From contig CM075993.1 of assembly GCA_038087875.1 (NCBI GenBank), forward strand, positions 10,666,001-10,730,000: a DNA stretch of 64,000 nucleotides, given 5' to 3'. Position 1 is the stretch's first letter. Every line of letters starts with the position of its first letter. The DNA comes from Malacoraja senta. Taxonomy: Eukaryota. The notes beneath the pieces were generated by a model, which worked only from the letters and a program-made list of their open reading frames with translations, made no database searches and was not told the DNA's origin. Below, in pieces: positions 1-11,997 of this stretch. The position numbers and the translations under genes are program-made.

Positions 1-1284
1 TTCTGAAGTCAAGATTAGAAACCCTGGAGGTTACTCGCTGCAGAGTACACTACAAGTCCACTACAAGAAGGCAGCAGCAGTACAGGATTTCCAGGGCTTC
101 AACTCCCTGTGTTAGAATACCACCATTCCCATCACACACATGGTTAAGAAGCTTACAGATGTGAACATTATCTGTGGGGAAATTGTTTTAAAAATCTTGG
201 CTTGGTTATTTGCCATTAAAGCTGCTAATAATTATGCAGAAAACTTCACCTCACTAAACTGAAAGTCATATTGTATTCCTCGCCGCCTTAGGGTGCAGCC
301 AGACAAAGCAGATTAGATGTCAATCCCATCCTGTCTCCATCATACGAGTTTTATCAGTGTATGATTCACGTACAGAAAATTCTGCAATAAATTGGCCTGT
401 AAAACAGTTAAATTTACCAGGCGCAATTTCCCATTAAACCTAAAGCAGATTGGAACAAGTTTCCTCCAGACGTTACACTGGGCAGCCCAGACAATGGAAA
501 CAATGTAGGGCCTAATTACTCTACGAGAAGAAAGTCAGTCTGGTCTGACTCCGAACGCCTTTACACAAAGAAAGTCATCGAAGTCATCTGGGTACACACT
601 AATCCACTTATTCTCCCTCACAAAATAAATACCGCATTCCTGCAACAAAAAAACCCGGCGGTTTATTGAAGTGAAATGCCTGCGTGCATCACAACTTTAT
701 GGATGGTACGTGGCAAAAATGTCAATCCAGTGTGGGGTTACCTTTCAAATAAACACAGGCAATCTACTCCGCACCAAAAACTTCTAAATCCAGCCTCCAG
801 GCAGTCTAATTCAATTGGTCGGAGACTTTTTAGTGGAGCTGCAATCTTGCGTTTTGCCCAGGGGGATAAATCGGGTTAAAGGCAAGAGAAGTGGAGAAAG
901 CATTGGATTTATGTGCAGGATTAAGAGGGAGAATGTGCCAACGTGACCTCGAGTCTGAGCCCCAGGCGCCAGCCACCCACTCCACACAAAGCTCAGAGGC
1001 TCTGTTGAGAAGAGACCTTGTTACACCTCCAATTTTTGTGGTTTTGAATCATATATAAAACAGCTTTTCTGGTGTTTTAGTTGTACACGGTGGGCCGGGA
1101 TCAAGCCTGCCGAGGACCGGCCTTTCCTGGCGCTTTGGCGCCGGGAGAGATGCAGCTGTCGAGCGGAGGGAGCGCTGAAGCGCTGCCCTTTCTTTAAAAA
1201 AAAAAGCACAACACACAATGCAAAGATTACAAAGAGGGAAAGTGCGCCCAAGATATGGAGAGAGCGGAACCGTGCGGCACTCAC

Positions 1285-1374
1285 CGGCACAGCACCAGGA
1301 GGACGGCGACCCGTTGGGGAACTTGGTGGAATCTGGCACGATGCAGACGCTGGTCGCCAAGTGGGGCACTCCAT
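1285..1374 (-). CDS. USP3: Ubiquitin carboxyl-terminal hydrolase 3, coding exon 1 (1-nt deletion in the G run at 1363-1366)
   Basis: Minus strand reads ATG GAG TGC CC(C) CAC TTG GCG ACC AGC GTC TGC ATC GTG CCA GAT TCC ACC AAG TTC CCC AAC GGG TCG CCG TCC TCC TGG TGC TGT GCC G|GTGAGT. With one C restored this is MECPHLATSVCIVPDSTKFPNGSPSSWCCA, matching the recalled human USP3 N-terminus MECPHLSSSVCIAPDSAKFPNGSPSSWCCS. Consensus donor at 1284; adjacency to CA12 fits known synteny. Confidence 0.93.
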
Positions 1375-1780
1375 GTTCAGGGAGCTGGAAAGCGGCAGTC
1401 TCGGTGCAGAGGCTCGGTGTGGAGGAAGGAGGAGGCGGGGGAAGAGGGAGGGGAAGGGGGGCGGGCAGGAAGGGGAGGAGGAGGAGGAGGAGAGCACGGA
1501 ACAGGCGGCCAGCGGGCTCCGCCTCACGACGCCGCCTCCGCCGCCGCCATCTTCTCGGGCCTAGTCCGTGCCTTGCAGCCTGGCCTCATCCCCCGCCCGC
1601 CGGCCTGCCTGCCTGCTGACCGGGGGAACGAGAGAGAGAGAGAGGAAAGGAGGGTGGCTGGATGCAGGCTTTATTGTTAATGGGGATGGAGAGCGAGAGA
1701 CAGAAGGGTCTGACTGCGATTAAGCAGCGACTTTTGGTCGCTGGCCGTTGGTCCCTCGTTAACCGCCGCCCGGCCGGCTG

Positions 1781-2100
1781 GTCTCCGTGGCAACGATTGT
1801 TCCCCCCCCCCCTCGTCTCGCCCCCCTCCCCCAGGTCTCCGTGGCAACGGTTGCCTTCTCTCCCCCCCCCGGTTTCCATGACAACGATTGTTTCTAAGCC
1901 CGTGGCAACGATCCCCCCTCCCCGCCGACAATTTCCATGGCAACGATTGTCTTCCCCACCCCCCCGCCGACAATTTCCATGGCAACGATTGTCTTCCCCT
2001 TTCTCCCCCTCCCCCCCGACAATTTCCATGGCAACGATTGTCTTCCCCTTCCTCCCCCACCCCCCCCCCCCCCCCCGACAATTTCCATGGCAACATTTGC
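1781..2100. repeat. GC-rich minisatellite, 8 units, each with an RFX X-box-like core
   Basis: Recurrent (CCGACA)ATTTCCATGGCAACGATTGT unit with variable C-tracts; cores at 1781, 1835, 1872, 1897, 1931, 1973, 2022 and 2081. Confidence 0.9.
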
Positions 2101-2144
2101 CCCCCCCCCCCTGCTTCCGGCCTCTGGAGATTTGCCCCGGCCAT

Positions 2145-2224
2145 GTGACGTCACGCACCCCCAGACGCCGGTCGGCGTGACGTCACGTACCCCCAGACCC
2201 AGACGCCGGTCGGCGTGACGTCAC
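2145..2224. repeat. Short tandem repeat with three GTGACGTCAC (CRE/ATF) palindromes
   Basis: CCCAGACGCCGGTCGGCGTGACGTCAC is repeated; palindromes at 2145-2154, 2177-2186 and 2215-2224. Confidence 0.9.
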
Positions 2225-3814
2225 AGCGCCGTGAGACTTCCCTAGCGACGGCGAGGCCTAGTCCCGGACCCGCCTCGGATGGTGCCACCACCATGTGAGT
2301 CGTCTCTGCTACTGCTCCCACCCACCCACCCCGGGGTGCTGGTGCTGGGTCTTTGGTGACCAGCCTTAGAGGATGCGACGCACATTCAGGAGGTTATGGC
2401 TGCGGAACAGCTGGGGATACCAGAGGTAGCACCAACTATGCAAGATCTGTACCTCTAGTACCTTGGCAACAGCATCTTGGAGACACAAAAAGCTGGAGTA
2501 ACTCAGCAGGTCAGGCAGCATCTCTGGAGAATAGATGACGTTTCGGGTCGAGACCCTTCTTGACCCATAACGCCACCTATTTCTTTTCTCCAGAGATGCT
2601 GTCTGGCCCGCTGAGCTACTCCAGCTTTTTGTGTCTATCTTCGGTTTAAACCAGCATCTGTAGTTCCTTCCTACACTAGGAGCAGGAGAGGGTTTGACCC
2701 TCAAGCTTACTCCACAAGTCTGATTTCAACTTCACTGTTTTGCCTTATCCCCAATAACCTATTTTCCCCTTTAAGATCTAAAATCTATGTCAGTTGTATG
2801 GGGTAGGGTATTCCAAAGATTCACAGTCCCCGGGCCTGTTAACCTACAAACCTACTGTCTTTAGCATGTGAGAGGAAACCCAAGCAATCCCAGAGAGAAC
2901 ATGCAAACCCGTTCATTATCGGTGACTTCTATATCCTGACATTGTATTCCTAGTTCTAGTTTCCCTTACTCAGAGAAACCCTCTCAAGATCTCACTGATT
3001 TAAACATTCTTTTAAACTCTAAAGAGTAGAGCCGCAATCTAATCCTTTGTTCAAGACCCTTCTTCTCGTGTTATCTCTCTGCCTCTGTATGGGTCAAGTT
3101 CAAGTTCACATTTATTGTCACATGCACCAATTGGTACAGTGAGATTTGAGTTACCATACAGCCACACGAATAAAAAGAACACAATACACGATAGAATTTA
3201 ACATGAACATCCCCACACAGCGGAATCAACGTTTCCCACTGTGAGGGAAGGCAATAAAGTTCAGTCATCTTGCTCTTTGTTCACCCGTGGTCGGGGCCTT
3301 TGAGCCCTCCGCAGTTGTCGCTATGGTGGACTGATGTTCAGGCCCTCTCGCTGGGATGATCGGAGCTCCGGCGGCTAGAAACTCCGCAAGCCACAGCGCC
3401 ACGGTGTTAATCAGCAGGCCCAACACTCTGCAGCTCCAACACGGCGATCCCCGGTAAGGCAACGTCCTGCTCCACAATGTTAATTCAGTGCTGTGCCACT
3501 GCTGAAGCTCTGGCAGGTCTCCGGCAGGAAAGGCCGCGCCAATCCAGATGGTCGGGGGGGGGGGGGGGGGGTGGGAAGATGCGACTCGGAGAAAAGACGC
3601 ATCTCGACCAGGAAGTGAATGGGAAACGGTTTCCCCCTATTCCCCCCCATCCCCCACATAAAAAAGACTTACATGGCAACGAAGACACTCAAAATCGAGC
3701 ACATTCTATCTTTATTAATTTGCTGATCACTTAAATAGACACATTCAGTTAACTCCTATAACTCGCTTTTAATTCACTGTCCTAGGTTTCTACTCAACAT
3801 GATGGGTGCCAAAT

Positions 3815-4110
3815 TTAGTTTAGTTTAGAGATACAGCACGGAAACAGGCCCTTCGGCCCACCAAGTCCGCACCGGCCAACGGTCCCAACACACTCGGGAC
3901 AATTTACATTTATACCAAGCCAATTAACCTACAAACCTGTACGTCTTTGGAATGTTGGAGGAAACCGAAGATCTAGGCGAAAACCCACCCGGTCACGGGG
4001 AGAACGTACAAACTCCGTACAGACAGCACCCGTAGTCGGGAGCAAACCCGGGGCTCTGGAGCTGCAAGCCCTGTAAGGCAGCAACTCCACTACTGCGCCA
4101 CTGTGCCGCC
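3815..4110 (-). mobile_element. tRNA-derived V-SINE (HE1-like), representative copy of about 18-20 in the window
   Basis: tRNA-like head GGCGGCACAGTGGCGCAG with a B-box-like segment, V-domain GGAGTTTGTACGTTCTCCCCGTG...GGTTTCCTCC, CR1-like tail GGGCCGAAGGGCCTGTTTCC and (CTAAA)n end. Other copies near 18160, 21765, 22921, 24133, 24665, 28445, 35590, 38345, 40215, 40963, 53300, 53830, 61505 and 63515. Confidence 0.85.
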
Positions 4111-4364
4111 CAATTGTGTGAGATGCACTGGCCGGGTTCACTGATAAGGTTGGAGTCTTCTCTAAGTTCCAAACTCAAGGTTCTTCTGCTGCAATAGTTG
4201 TTCCCAGGTTGTTGTTCTGATGTGCTTGATGTTTCCTTTATGCACCAATCTTTCAGAATGCTAGGACTACTCAAACCCCAACTAAACCAATCAGACACAA
4301 AGGAGAGTGGAATTGATTGCTCTCGGCAAATTGATAATCCTGACTAAATCTACCTAGGTATTGC

Positions 4365-5295
4365 ACGATACGATAGAACTTTATCCCAGGAGGCAAAACA
4401 CAAAATACATGAAATTAAAGTGACGAGTGGAAAGGCTTGGGGGATGTGCAAAGATTGGGGAAGGGAAGGGGAGTCAGTCTCAGTCTACCCCACGACAGAA
4501 GGGGGAGGAGTTGTAAAGTTTGATAGCCACAGGGAAGAAGGCTTGCATCTTGGTCGGACCAGTCTGTTGCTGAAGGTACTACTCAAGGTGACCAGTGTGT
4601 CATGGAGGGGGTGAGCTGTATTGTCTAAGATTCTCAGTAGTTTGGGGAGCATCCTCCCCACCAAGACCACCACCCATGAATCCAACTCTGCCCCCAGGAC
4701 AGAGCCAGCCTTCCTGATGAGTTTGTTGATCCTATTGGCGTCCGCAGCCTTCGCCCTGCTGTCCCAGCACACAGCAGCGAAGAAGATGGCACTGGCTACC
4801 ACTGATTGCTACAACTTTGGCAGCATCTTACTGCAGACATTGAAGGAGCGGAGCCTTCTCAAAAAGTACAGCCGGCTCTGTCCCTTCTTGCACAGGGCCT
4901 CAGTGTTCCTGGACCAGTCCAGTTTATTGTCCAGGTACACTCCAAGGTATATATACTCCCTGGTAAACCGCATCCACACCATTGATAGAGACAGGGGACA
5001 GGGGTGATCCTCTCCTCCTAAAGTCCACCATAACTCCTTAGTCTTGTTGGTGTTGAGCTGCAGGTGATCCAGCCCACACCACTCAACAAAGTCGTTGACT
5101 ACACATCTGCATTCAGCTTCCCTCCCCTCACTGATGCAGTCCACAATTGCAGAGTCATCTGAAAACTTCTGCAGGAGGGGGAGTTTAATCTGAATTCCAA
5201 GGTGTAGATGGTAAACAGGAAGGGAAAGAGGACCGTCCCTTGTGGGGCCCCTGTGTTGCTCACTACCATGTCCGAGACACAGACATGCACTGTTT
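4365..5295 (-). mobile_element. Rex1/Babar-type non-LTR retrotransposon, 3' fragment with frameshifted RT
   Basis: ORF pieces SNTGAPQGTVLFPFLFTIYT, LQLNTNKTKEL, YLGVYLDNKLDWSRNTEALCKKGQSRLYFLRRLRSFNVCSKML and VASAIFFAAVCW. Confidence 0.8.
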
Positions 5296-8200
5296 TAACC
5301 TCTTATTTACCTCTTATTACCGTAGTAACAGCAAGCCCTTCCATCTGTTGTCGAGGCCTTTGATACCACGGGGGATAGTTCAACATTTCTTATTTCTACA
5401 ATCAAATGATCACTGTTTTGCTTTCAATTTATGAAGCCTGTGAGACTTTTAATCCCTAACAAAAGATAGGATCTGAGAATAATGAGACTGAGAGACTTAT
5501 TTCTTTTCAATTCCATTTTGTTATCTCATGAAGATCTGGTTTTGGTCTGTATCTCACAGTTTAATGGCTGTAGATAGCTTCTCACAACAACTCCCAGTCA
5601 CAATTCTGTGAAAACTTCCATTCAATTGGCATTCTAAAGAATATCACAGACAATTAACTACCCTGTGCAAAACACAAAGTGTGTTGGGCAGCACCTGTGG
5701 AGGAAATGGACAGATGATGTTTCGGGTCGGGACCCTTCTTGATCAGTCTGAAGAACGGACGACCCGAAATGTCGTCTGTCCATTCCTTCCACGGATGTTG
5801 TCTGACCTGCTGAGTTACTCCAGCACTTTGTGTTTTGCTTAAGATTTCAGCCTCAGCAGTCTCTTGTGTGTTAGTCTCAGCAATCCTTGAGTGTGGCCTG
5901 TTCAAATTGAAAACATCATCCAATGGTCTGGAGTGATTATTTTTAACACTTTTCTCACAATGACTTGTTGCTCATGTGAAATTAGCCATCATACTTTGTA
6001 GAGGTTCAGCTGGCAGCTAGAATCATTGCAGTGAAACATCTGAACTGCCACCAAAGCAAGTACGCCCTTTAAAATAAAAAGATCCAAAAATTATGCTCAG
6101 GACAAAAACTATCACCTTCAACCTCTATAACAAACAGATGCTGATTGACGTTACCCCTCTCCAATAACTGTAGAACATAGAGCAGAGCAGCACGGGAACA
6201 GTCCCCTTGGCCCACAATGTCCGTGTCGAACATGATATCACGTTAAACTAATCTCCTGCATCTAAAAGCCTCTTGAATGCCACTACCGCCTCCATTTCCT
6301 GCATATCCATAGCCTATATGAAATAAATGTAGTATTTTCTGTTTGAAAATTTAGTATTGTATTTGACTCGGGTGACGCTCAGACTATATATCTATGCCGA
6401 CAGCAAGAATACCAATTTATGTAACATTACCTGACTGAAAAGATCATCGGAAATACCAGCACTCAGTCACTGCGCTCCTTGTCCAGTCATTCAGCAAGAT
6501 TCAAGAGAGTTTATTGTCATGTGTCCCAGATAGGACAATGAAATTCTTGCTTTGCTTCAGCACAACAGAATATAGAAGGCATGAATACAGAACAAATCAG
6601 TGTGTCCATATACCATTATATAAATATATACACACATGAATAAATAAAAAAGATAAAGTGCAAATAAGCAGATAATGGGCTATTAATGTTCAGAGTTTTG
6701 TTTTTAGTTGAGTTTAATAGCCTGATGGCTGTGGGGAGCAAGATCACGGCAAATCTACCACTTCTGCACCATTTCCCCGTCCAATCCTAATATCCCTTGA
6801 TCCCTTCAATATCCAGAAATCGATAGATCTTTGTTTTGAATTCAGTGATGGCATACGTCTCCACAGTCGTCCAGACTGAGAATTACCAGAATACTGCCTG
6901 CTCTAGGGGGTATTAGCTACAAGAAGAGGTTGGGTTGTTTTCTCTGGAATGCCAGTGGTTGAGGGGAGACCTGATATAAGTATATAACATTGTGAGAGGC
7001 ATAGATAGGGTAGACAGTCAGAACCTATTTCCCAGGGTGCGAATGTCAAGGACTAGAGGGGATAACTTTAAGGTGAGAGGGCAAAGTTTAAAGGAGATGT
7101 TTGCGGGGCAAGTTTATTTTTACACAGAATGCCTGGAATATGCCGCTAGGGATGATAATGGAGACGGATGCAATAGTGGTGTTTGATAGGCACATGGATA
7201 CGGAGGGGCTATGGGTCGTTTGCAGGCAGAGGAGATTAGTTTAAGTTGGTATCATGTTCGGCATAGACATGGGATGAAGTGCCTGTTCTTGTGCTATACT
7301 GTTCTATGCTCTTCTATTGTCTACTGTTCTTCCTGAGTGCAACAGTCATACCTGTACTTGTCTGTTTCAATGTCCTCCTTGCCCATCTACCTCATTCCAT
7401 TCTGTAAACCTGGGATAATCTATTATCTGTGCCCTCATTTATACCATCTTGTTCACCTATCAACCTAGTGCTCAAGAATCCTATTTCTATTATGGTTAAG
7501 CATGATGGTTAAGAACATAAAGCATAGAACAGTGCAGCACAGAAACAGGCCCTTCGGCCCACAATGTCTGTGCCGAACATGATGCCAAGATAAACGTTTA
7601 TCTGCCTGCACATGATCCATATCCCTCTAATCCCTGCGTATCCAATTCAAGACATTGATGTACGTAGGCCATTTGGCCCTTCATGAACCACTGATCTTTT
7701 ATTTCAAAGCCACCTTTCTGCGCTAACCTAATACCCCTCGATTCATTTAATGTCTAAAAAATCAATTTGTCTTGAATATACTCGGCTACTGAGATTCCTC
7801 AGCTCAATTGAGATGTGAATTCCATAGATTCACCACCCTCTTGGTGAAGAAATCTCTTATATCTCAGTCAAATGGGCTGTCTATTTATTTTGAGACTGTT
7901 CCCTGACTTTAATCCCCAACCAGTGGAGATTTTCACCCTTGTATTCAAATCTATCATTGTTCTTGTCCCTCCCTCTCCATAAAATCATGCTTTTGGCCAG
8001 CTGCCTTGATATCATCGGATCTGGCTTACGCCAGAGGATGTTTTGTTTTGTTGAAGGTCTCCTAGAAATGGAAGCTATTGTTGCCTGCCCATAAATATGT
8101 GTGCTTTAGACAGGCAATATCGAGTTAGATTAATTAGGCTGCCTGGGGGAGGGAGTGTTTTGCCTGTGTGACTGCATTAGGGCCTTTGTCATAGCACAGG

Positions 8201-8832
8201 AGAAAGGTTGATAAGAATTAGCAGATGTCCTTTAGCTCCATAAATAAATATGTGGATGTAACGTGGGGGAAGCGGCTGAGAAGTGGCCTGGGACCGTAAT
8301 CTTATGTCAATTAACAAGCCTTTTTTTATACAAGGGAGTCGAGATACTTCCATTCCTGGCCTGGATATTGGGAGCAGATAATTTACAAATTATGAAATTA
8401 TTCCAAAGGAGATGAGCTTGATGAGGATATGGAGTAATTTTCTTTCCAGAATTTATCTCGACGAATACGTGTCTCAGCAGGTTGCTCTGAGTCAGAAAAT
8501 TGTGAGTTCAAGTCCCCACTCCCCCGATATGTAGGCAGACAGTAATAGAGTGGCCCTTCAGCCCACCTTGCCTTCACCGGCCAACATCCCACCAGCCTGC
8601 GCTTGGCCACATATCCCTCCAAACCTATCTATCCATGTTCCTGTCCAACTGTTTCTTAAACATTGGGGTAGTCCCTGCCTTAACTACCTCCTCTGGCAGC
8701 TTGTTCCATAACCCACCACCCTTTGTGTGAAAACGTTACCGCTCAGATTCCTATTAAATCTTTTCCCCTTGAACCTATGTCCTCTGGTCCTCGATTCCCT
8801 TACTCTGGGCAAGAGACTCTGTGCATCTATAT

Positions 8833-9053
8833 TAGACAAAAATGCTGGAGAAACTCAGCGGGTGAGGCAGCATCTATGGAACGAAGGAATAGGTGACGTT
8901 TCGGGTCGAGACCCTTCTTCAGACTGATGAAGGGTCTCGACCCGAAACGTCACCTATTCCTTCGCTCCATAGATGCTGCCTCACCCGCTGAGTTTCTCCT
9001 GCATTTTTGTCTACCTTCGCTTTTTCCAGCATCTGCAGTTCTTTCTTAAAGAG
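8833..9053. mobile_element. Palindromic Penelope-derived short element with back-to-back hammerhead cores and a 14-bp TSD
   Basis: Arms of about 90 bp inverted around 8923. CTGATGA-AGGGT-CTCG-ACCC-GAAAC-GTC at 8924-8951 (+) and a CTGAAGA version at 8895-8922 (-). CTGTGCATCTATAT is duplicated at 8819-8832 and 9054-9067. Confidence 0.8.
8924..8951 (+). ncRNA. Minimal hammerhead ribozyme motif (Penelope-associated type)
   Basis: Conserved CUGAUGA and GAAA boxes flank a GGGU/ACCC stem II. Stem III is reduced to palindromic ACGU ahead of a GUC triplet. Activity is untested. Confidence 0.65.
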
Positions 9054-10535
9054 CTGTGCATCTATATACTTCTTCTTCTTGCGTATGGCGTGCACAGCCT
9101 AAAGTTGTCGGACAACATTCTATTTGATCTTATTTGATTGTGTACGTTGATTGCATTCGTTGAAACAGGGCGGACCACGTGAAGATAGCAATCTTCCACC
9201 CCATCTATATGCTGCTATAATACTAAAGGAGGGTTGTACTGTCAGAAGCACTGTTTTGAAAGTGACATAAAGTTTAGTTTAGTTTAGGGTTACAGCATAG
9301 AAACAGGCCCTTCAGCCCATCATGACCATACCGACCGTTGATCACCCATTCTATGTTAGTCCACCTACTCATCCACTCCACACACACCAGGGGCAATTTA
9401 CAGAGGCCAATTAATCTACAAATCCGCAAGTCTTTGGAATGTGGGAGGAAACCAGGGCACCAGCAGGAAACACACGTATTCACAGGGAGAACGTGCATAT
9501 TGCCTGAGGTCAGGATTGAACCCAGGTACCTGACGCGCCCAACATTTGTAGGTTAATTGGCCTCTGGTTCTAAATTTAGTTTACACTCCCTTGAGTGTAG
9601 GGAGGTGCTGTGACAGTGAATTAGCGCAGCATTAGTGTGAATGGTCGGTGTGGACTGAGTGGGCCGGGGGCCTGTTTCCGTACTGTATCTTTTAAAAAAT
9701 CAGATCCCAATGAGTATTGACATCAAGTTACTCAAATAGTCGCAACCTCTGTCTTTTTGTGCCAAATCCTTTATAATTAAATGATAGGATCATCTCACCA
9801 GATCAAGCTTTGTAAAGAGATTTGCACATTTATGCACTATTAGTTGAAACTGCTTTATGATATTATATGATATTCTGTAATAACACGTTTTGATAATTAA
9901 ATCACAATAAATCAATAGGCCTATAACACAAATTAGATAAGAAAAGAGCCATTGTTGAAAATTCTGTGTAAGATTCTCAACAGTTAAATATCACGACCCT
10001 TTCAAAGCAGAAGAAGATGACAAAAATAGGAGCAGGAGAAGACAATTCAGCCCATTACGTTTGTTCTACCATTAAACCCTATCGTAGCTATTCCTCTTTC
10101 TCGATATCACTTTCCTGCATTCCCTCCCTATCTCTGATATCCACCTGTAGAATGGATCATTCTCCTTCCTAAATAGATGAGGGCCTCAACAGCCCTCGAT
10201 GACAGTAAATTCCAAGATCACAAGAATTACTCTTCATCACAATCTGACAATGTCACATTCATCAAACCACTTTGAGTGCTTATTTTGGTCATGTTTGCTT
10301 CACATATTTCTTTTCAAGTTCACTTGCCCTTTTCTATTTTGTTGACACCTCTGAATGTTTTCTCAAGACCCACTGGACTCTTACGCAACGCAACTCAGCT
10401 CAGAACCACTGATTGGTCTTTCAGTGGCTCTGGTGTTGGCCCCAGTTGTTCTCACCACAAATCCCAATGCAATGCAACCTCCACCTCACCCAGAGCCACC
10501 TCAGGAACAAACTTGACAAAAGGCTAAGCCTGTGA

Positions 10536-11039
10536 TTCATTCCACACAACATGTCACATCACCCCGATCCTGGCCTCTCTCCACTGACTCCCTGTGCAGT
10601 TCCATATAAACTTCAAGATCCTCCTCCATGTCTACAAAGCCCTCAATGGGCTTGCCCCCACCTACATAAAAAGTCTTCTCACCCACCACTCCACCTCCAG
10701 GCCCCTCAGATCGGCCGACTTGGGGTTGCTGAATATCCCACGGTCTAGGCATAAGCTCAGGGGCGACCGCGCCTTTGCGGTTGCAGCCCCTAGACTGGAA
10801 CAGCATCCCCTTTCCCATCAGAACCGCCCCCTCCATCGACTCTTTTAAGTCAAGACTAAAGACTTGTCTATACTCCCAAGCCTTTCCTGACGTCCTCTGA
10901 GTGAGGGCTACATGTATATATGTATGTAGTTTGTTTTGTTGTGCTATTCTTATAACAAATGTAAAGCACTTTGGCTAACGAGAGTTGTTTTTTTAATGTG
11001 CTATATAAATAAATGTGACTTGACTTGACTTGACTTGAC
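10536..11039 (+). mobile_element. L2 LINE 3' end
   Basis: FKILLHVYKALNGLAPTYIKSLL...GDRAFAVAAPRL peptide, an HITPILASLH-coding segment just upstream, and a (GACTT)n tail. Confidence 0.85.
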
Positions 11040-11997
11040 ATGTCTCAATGAGATCAGGAAATGGCTTGAAGTTCTTTCCTTGTGTAAAAATTCATCCAAT
11101 ATGAAACTCTTTCTGTGCAATGTGCAGAGCCTGGTTCGATGCTGTATGTATAAACTATGCTGAACTAAATTGCTGAAGAAATAAGGAACTTCAGATGCTG
11201 GTTTACAAAAAAAGAGACAAAGTGCTGGAGTAACTCAGCAGATCAGGCAGCATCTTTGGAGAATATGAATAGGTGACGTTTCATAAGGTCATAACGAATA
11301 GGAGTAGAGTTAGACCATTCGGCCCATCAAGTCTACTGCCATTCAATCATGGCTGATTTATCTCTCCCTCCTAACCCCATTCTCCTGCCTTCTCCCCATA
11401 ACCGCTGACACCCGTACTAATCAAGAATCTATCTATCTCTGCCCTAAAAATATTCACTAACATGGCCTCTACAGGATTCTGGCGCAAAGAATTCCACAGA
11501 TTCACCACTCCCTGACTAAAGGAATTCCTCCTCGCAACCTCACACAATCTGACAATGTCACATTCATCAAACCATGTGCCTATCTAAGCGCTATTAAATT
11601 TCACTATTGTATCTGCCTCCACCACCAGCACTGGCAATGTGTTCCAGGCCTCCACCACCCTCTGTGTTAAAACTATCTCTGCCTTAAAAATATCCACTGT
11701 GGATATTCTAAACTCCAGCGAGTACAGGCCCAGTGCCGACAAACGCTCATCATAGGTTAACCTACTCATTCCTGGGATCATTCTTGTAAACCTCCTCAGA
11801 TAGGGTTCACAAAATTGCTCAAAATTTCCGAAATGCAGCCTTGCCAGCACCTTATAGAGACTCAACATTACAATGGTGTTTTTGTATGCAAGCCCTCTTG
11901 ACAAGACAATGGGCAGAGATGAAAAATAGGTGTGGTACAAAAGGATTAACGAGTTGCGAATTGTGAAGCCAGAGGAAGAAACTGAACTGTTTATTGT

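Larger units (their letters stand above)
1090..2300. promoter_or_regulatory. CpG island / USP3 promoter and 5' UTR
   Basis: High GC and CpG density around the first exon. YY1-type GCCGCCATCTT at 1543-1553, ETS-like CTTCCGG at 2114-2120, TGACGTCA at 2146, 2178 and 2216. Confidence 0.8.

Noticed and set aside
1781..2100. CRISPR-like repeat-spacer appearance
   Set aside because: Eukaryotic context, the 'spacers' are C-tracts rather than unique sequence, and there are no cas genes.
1021..2218. Many overlapping Pro/Gly/Arg-rich ORFs
   Set aside because: By-products of the GC-rich CpG island and minisatellite; only 1285-1374 matches a real protein.
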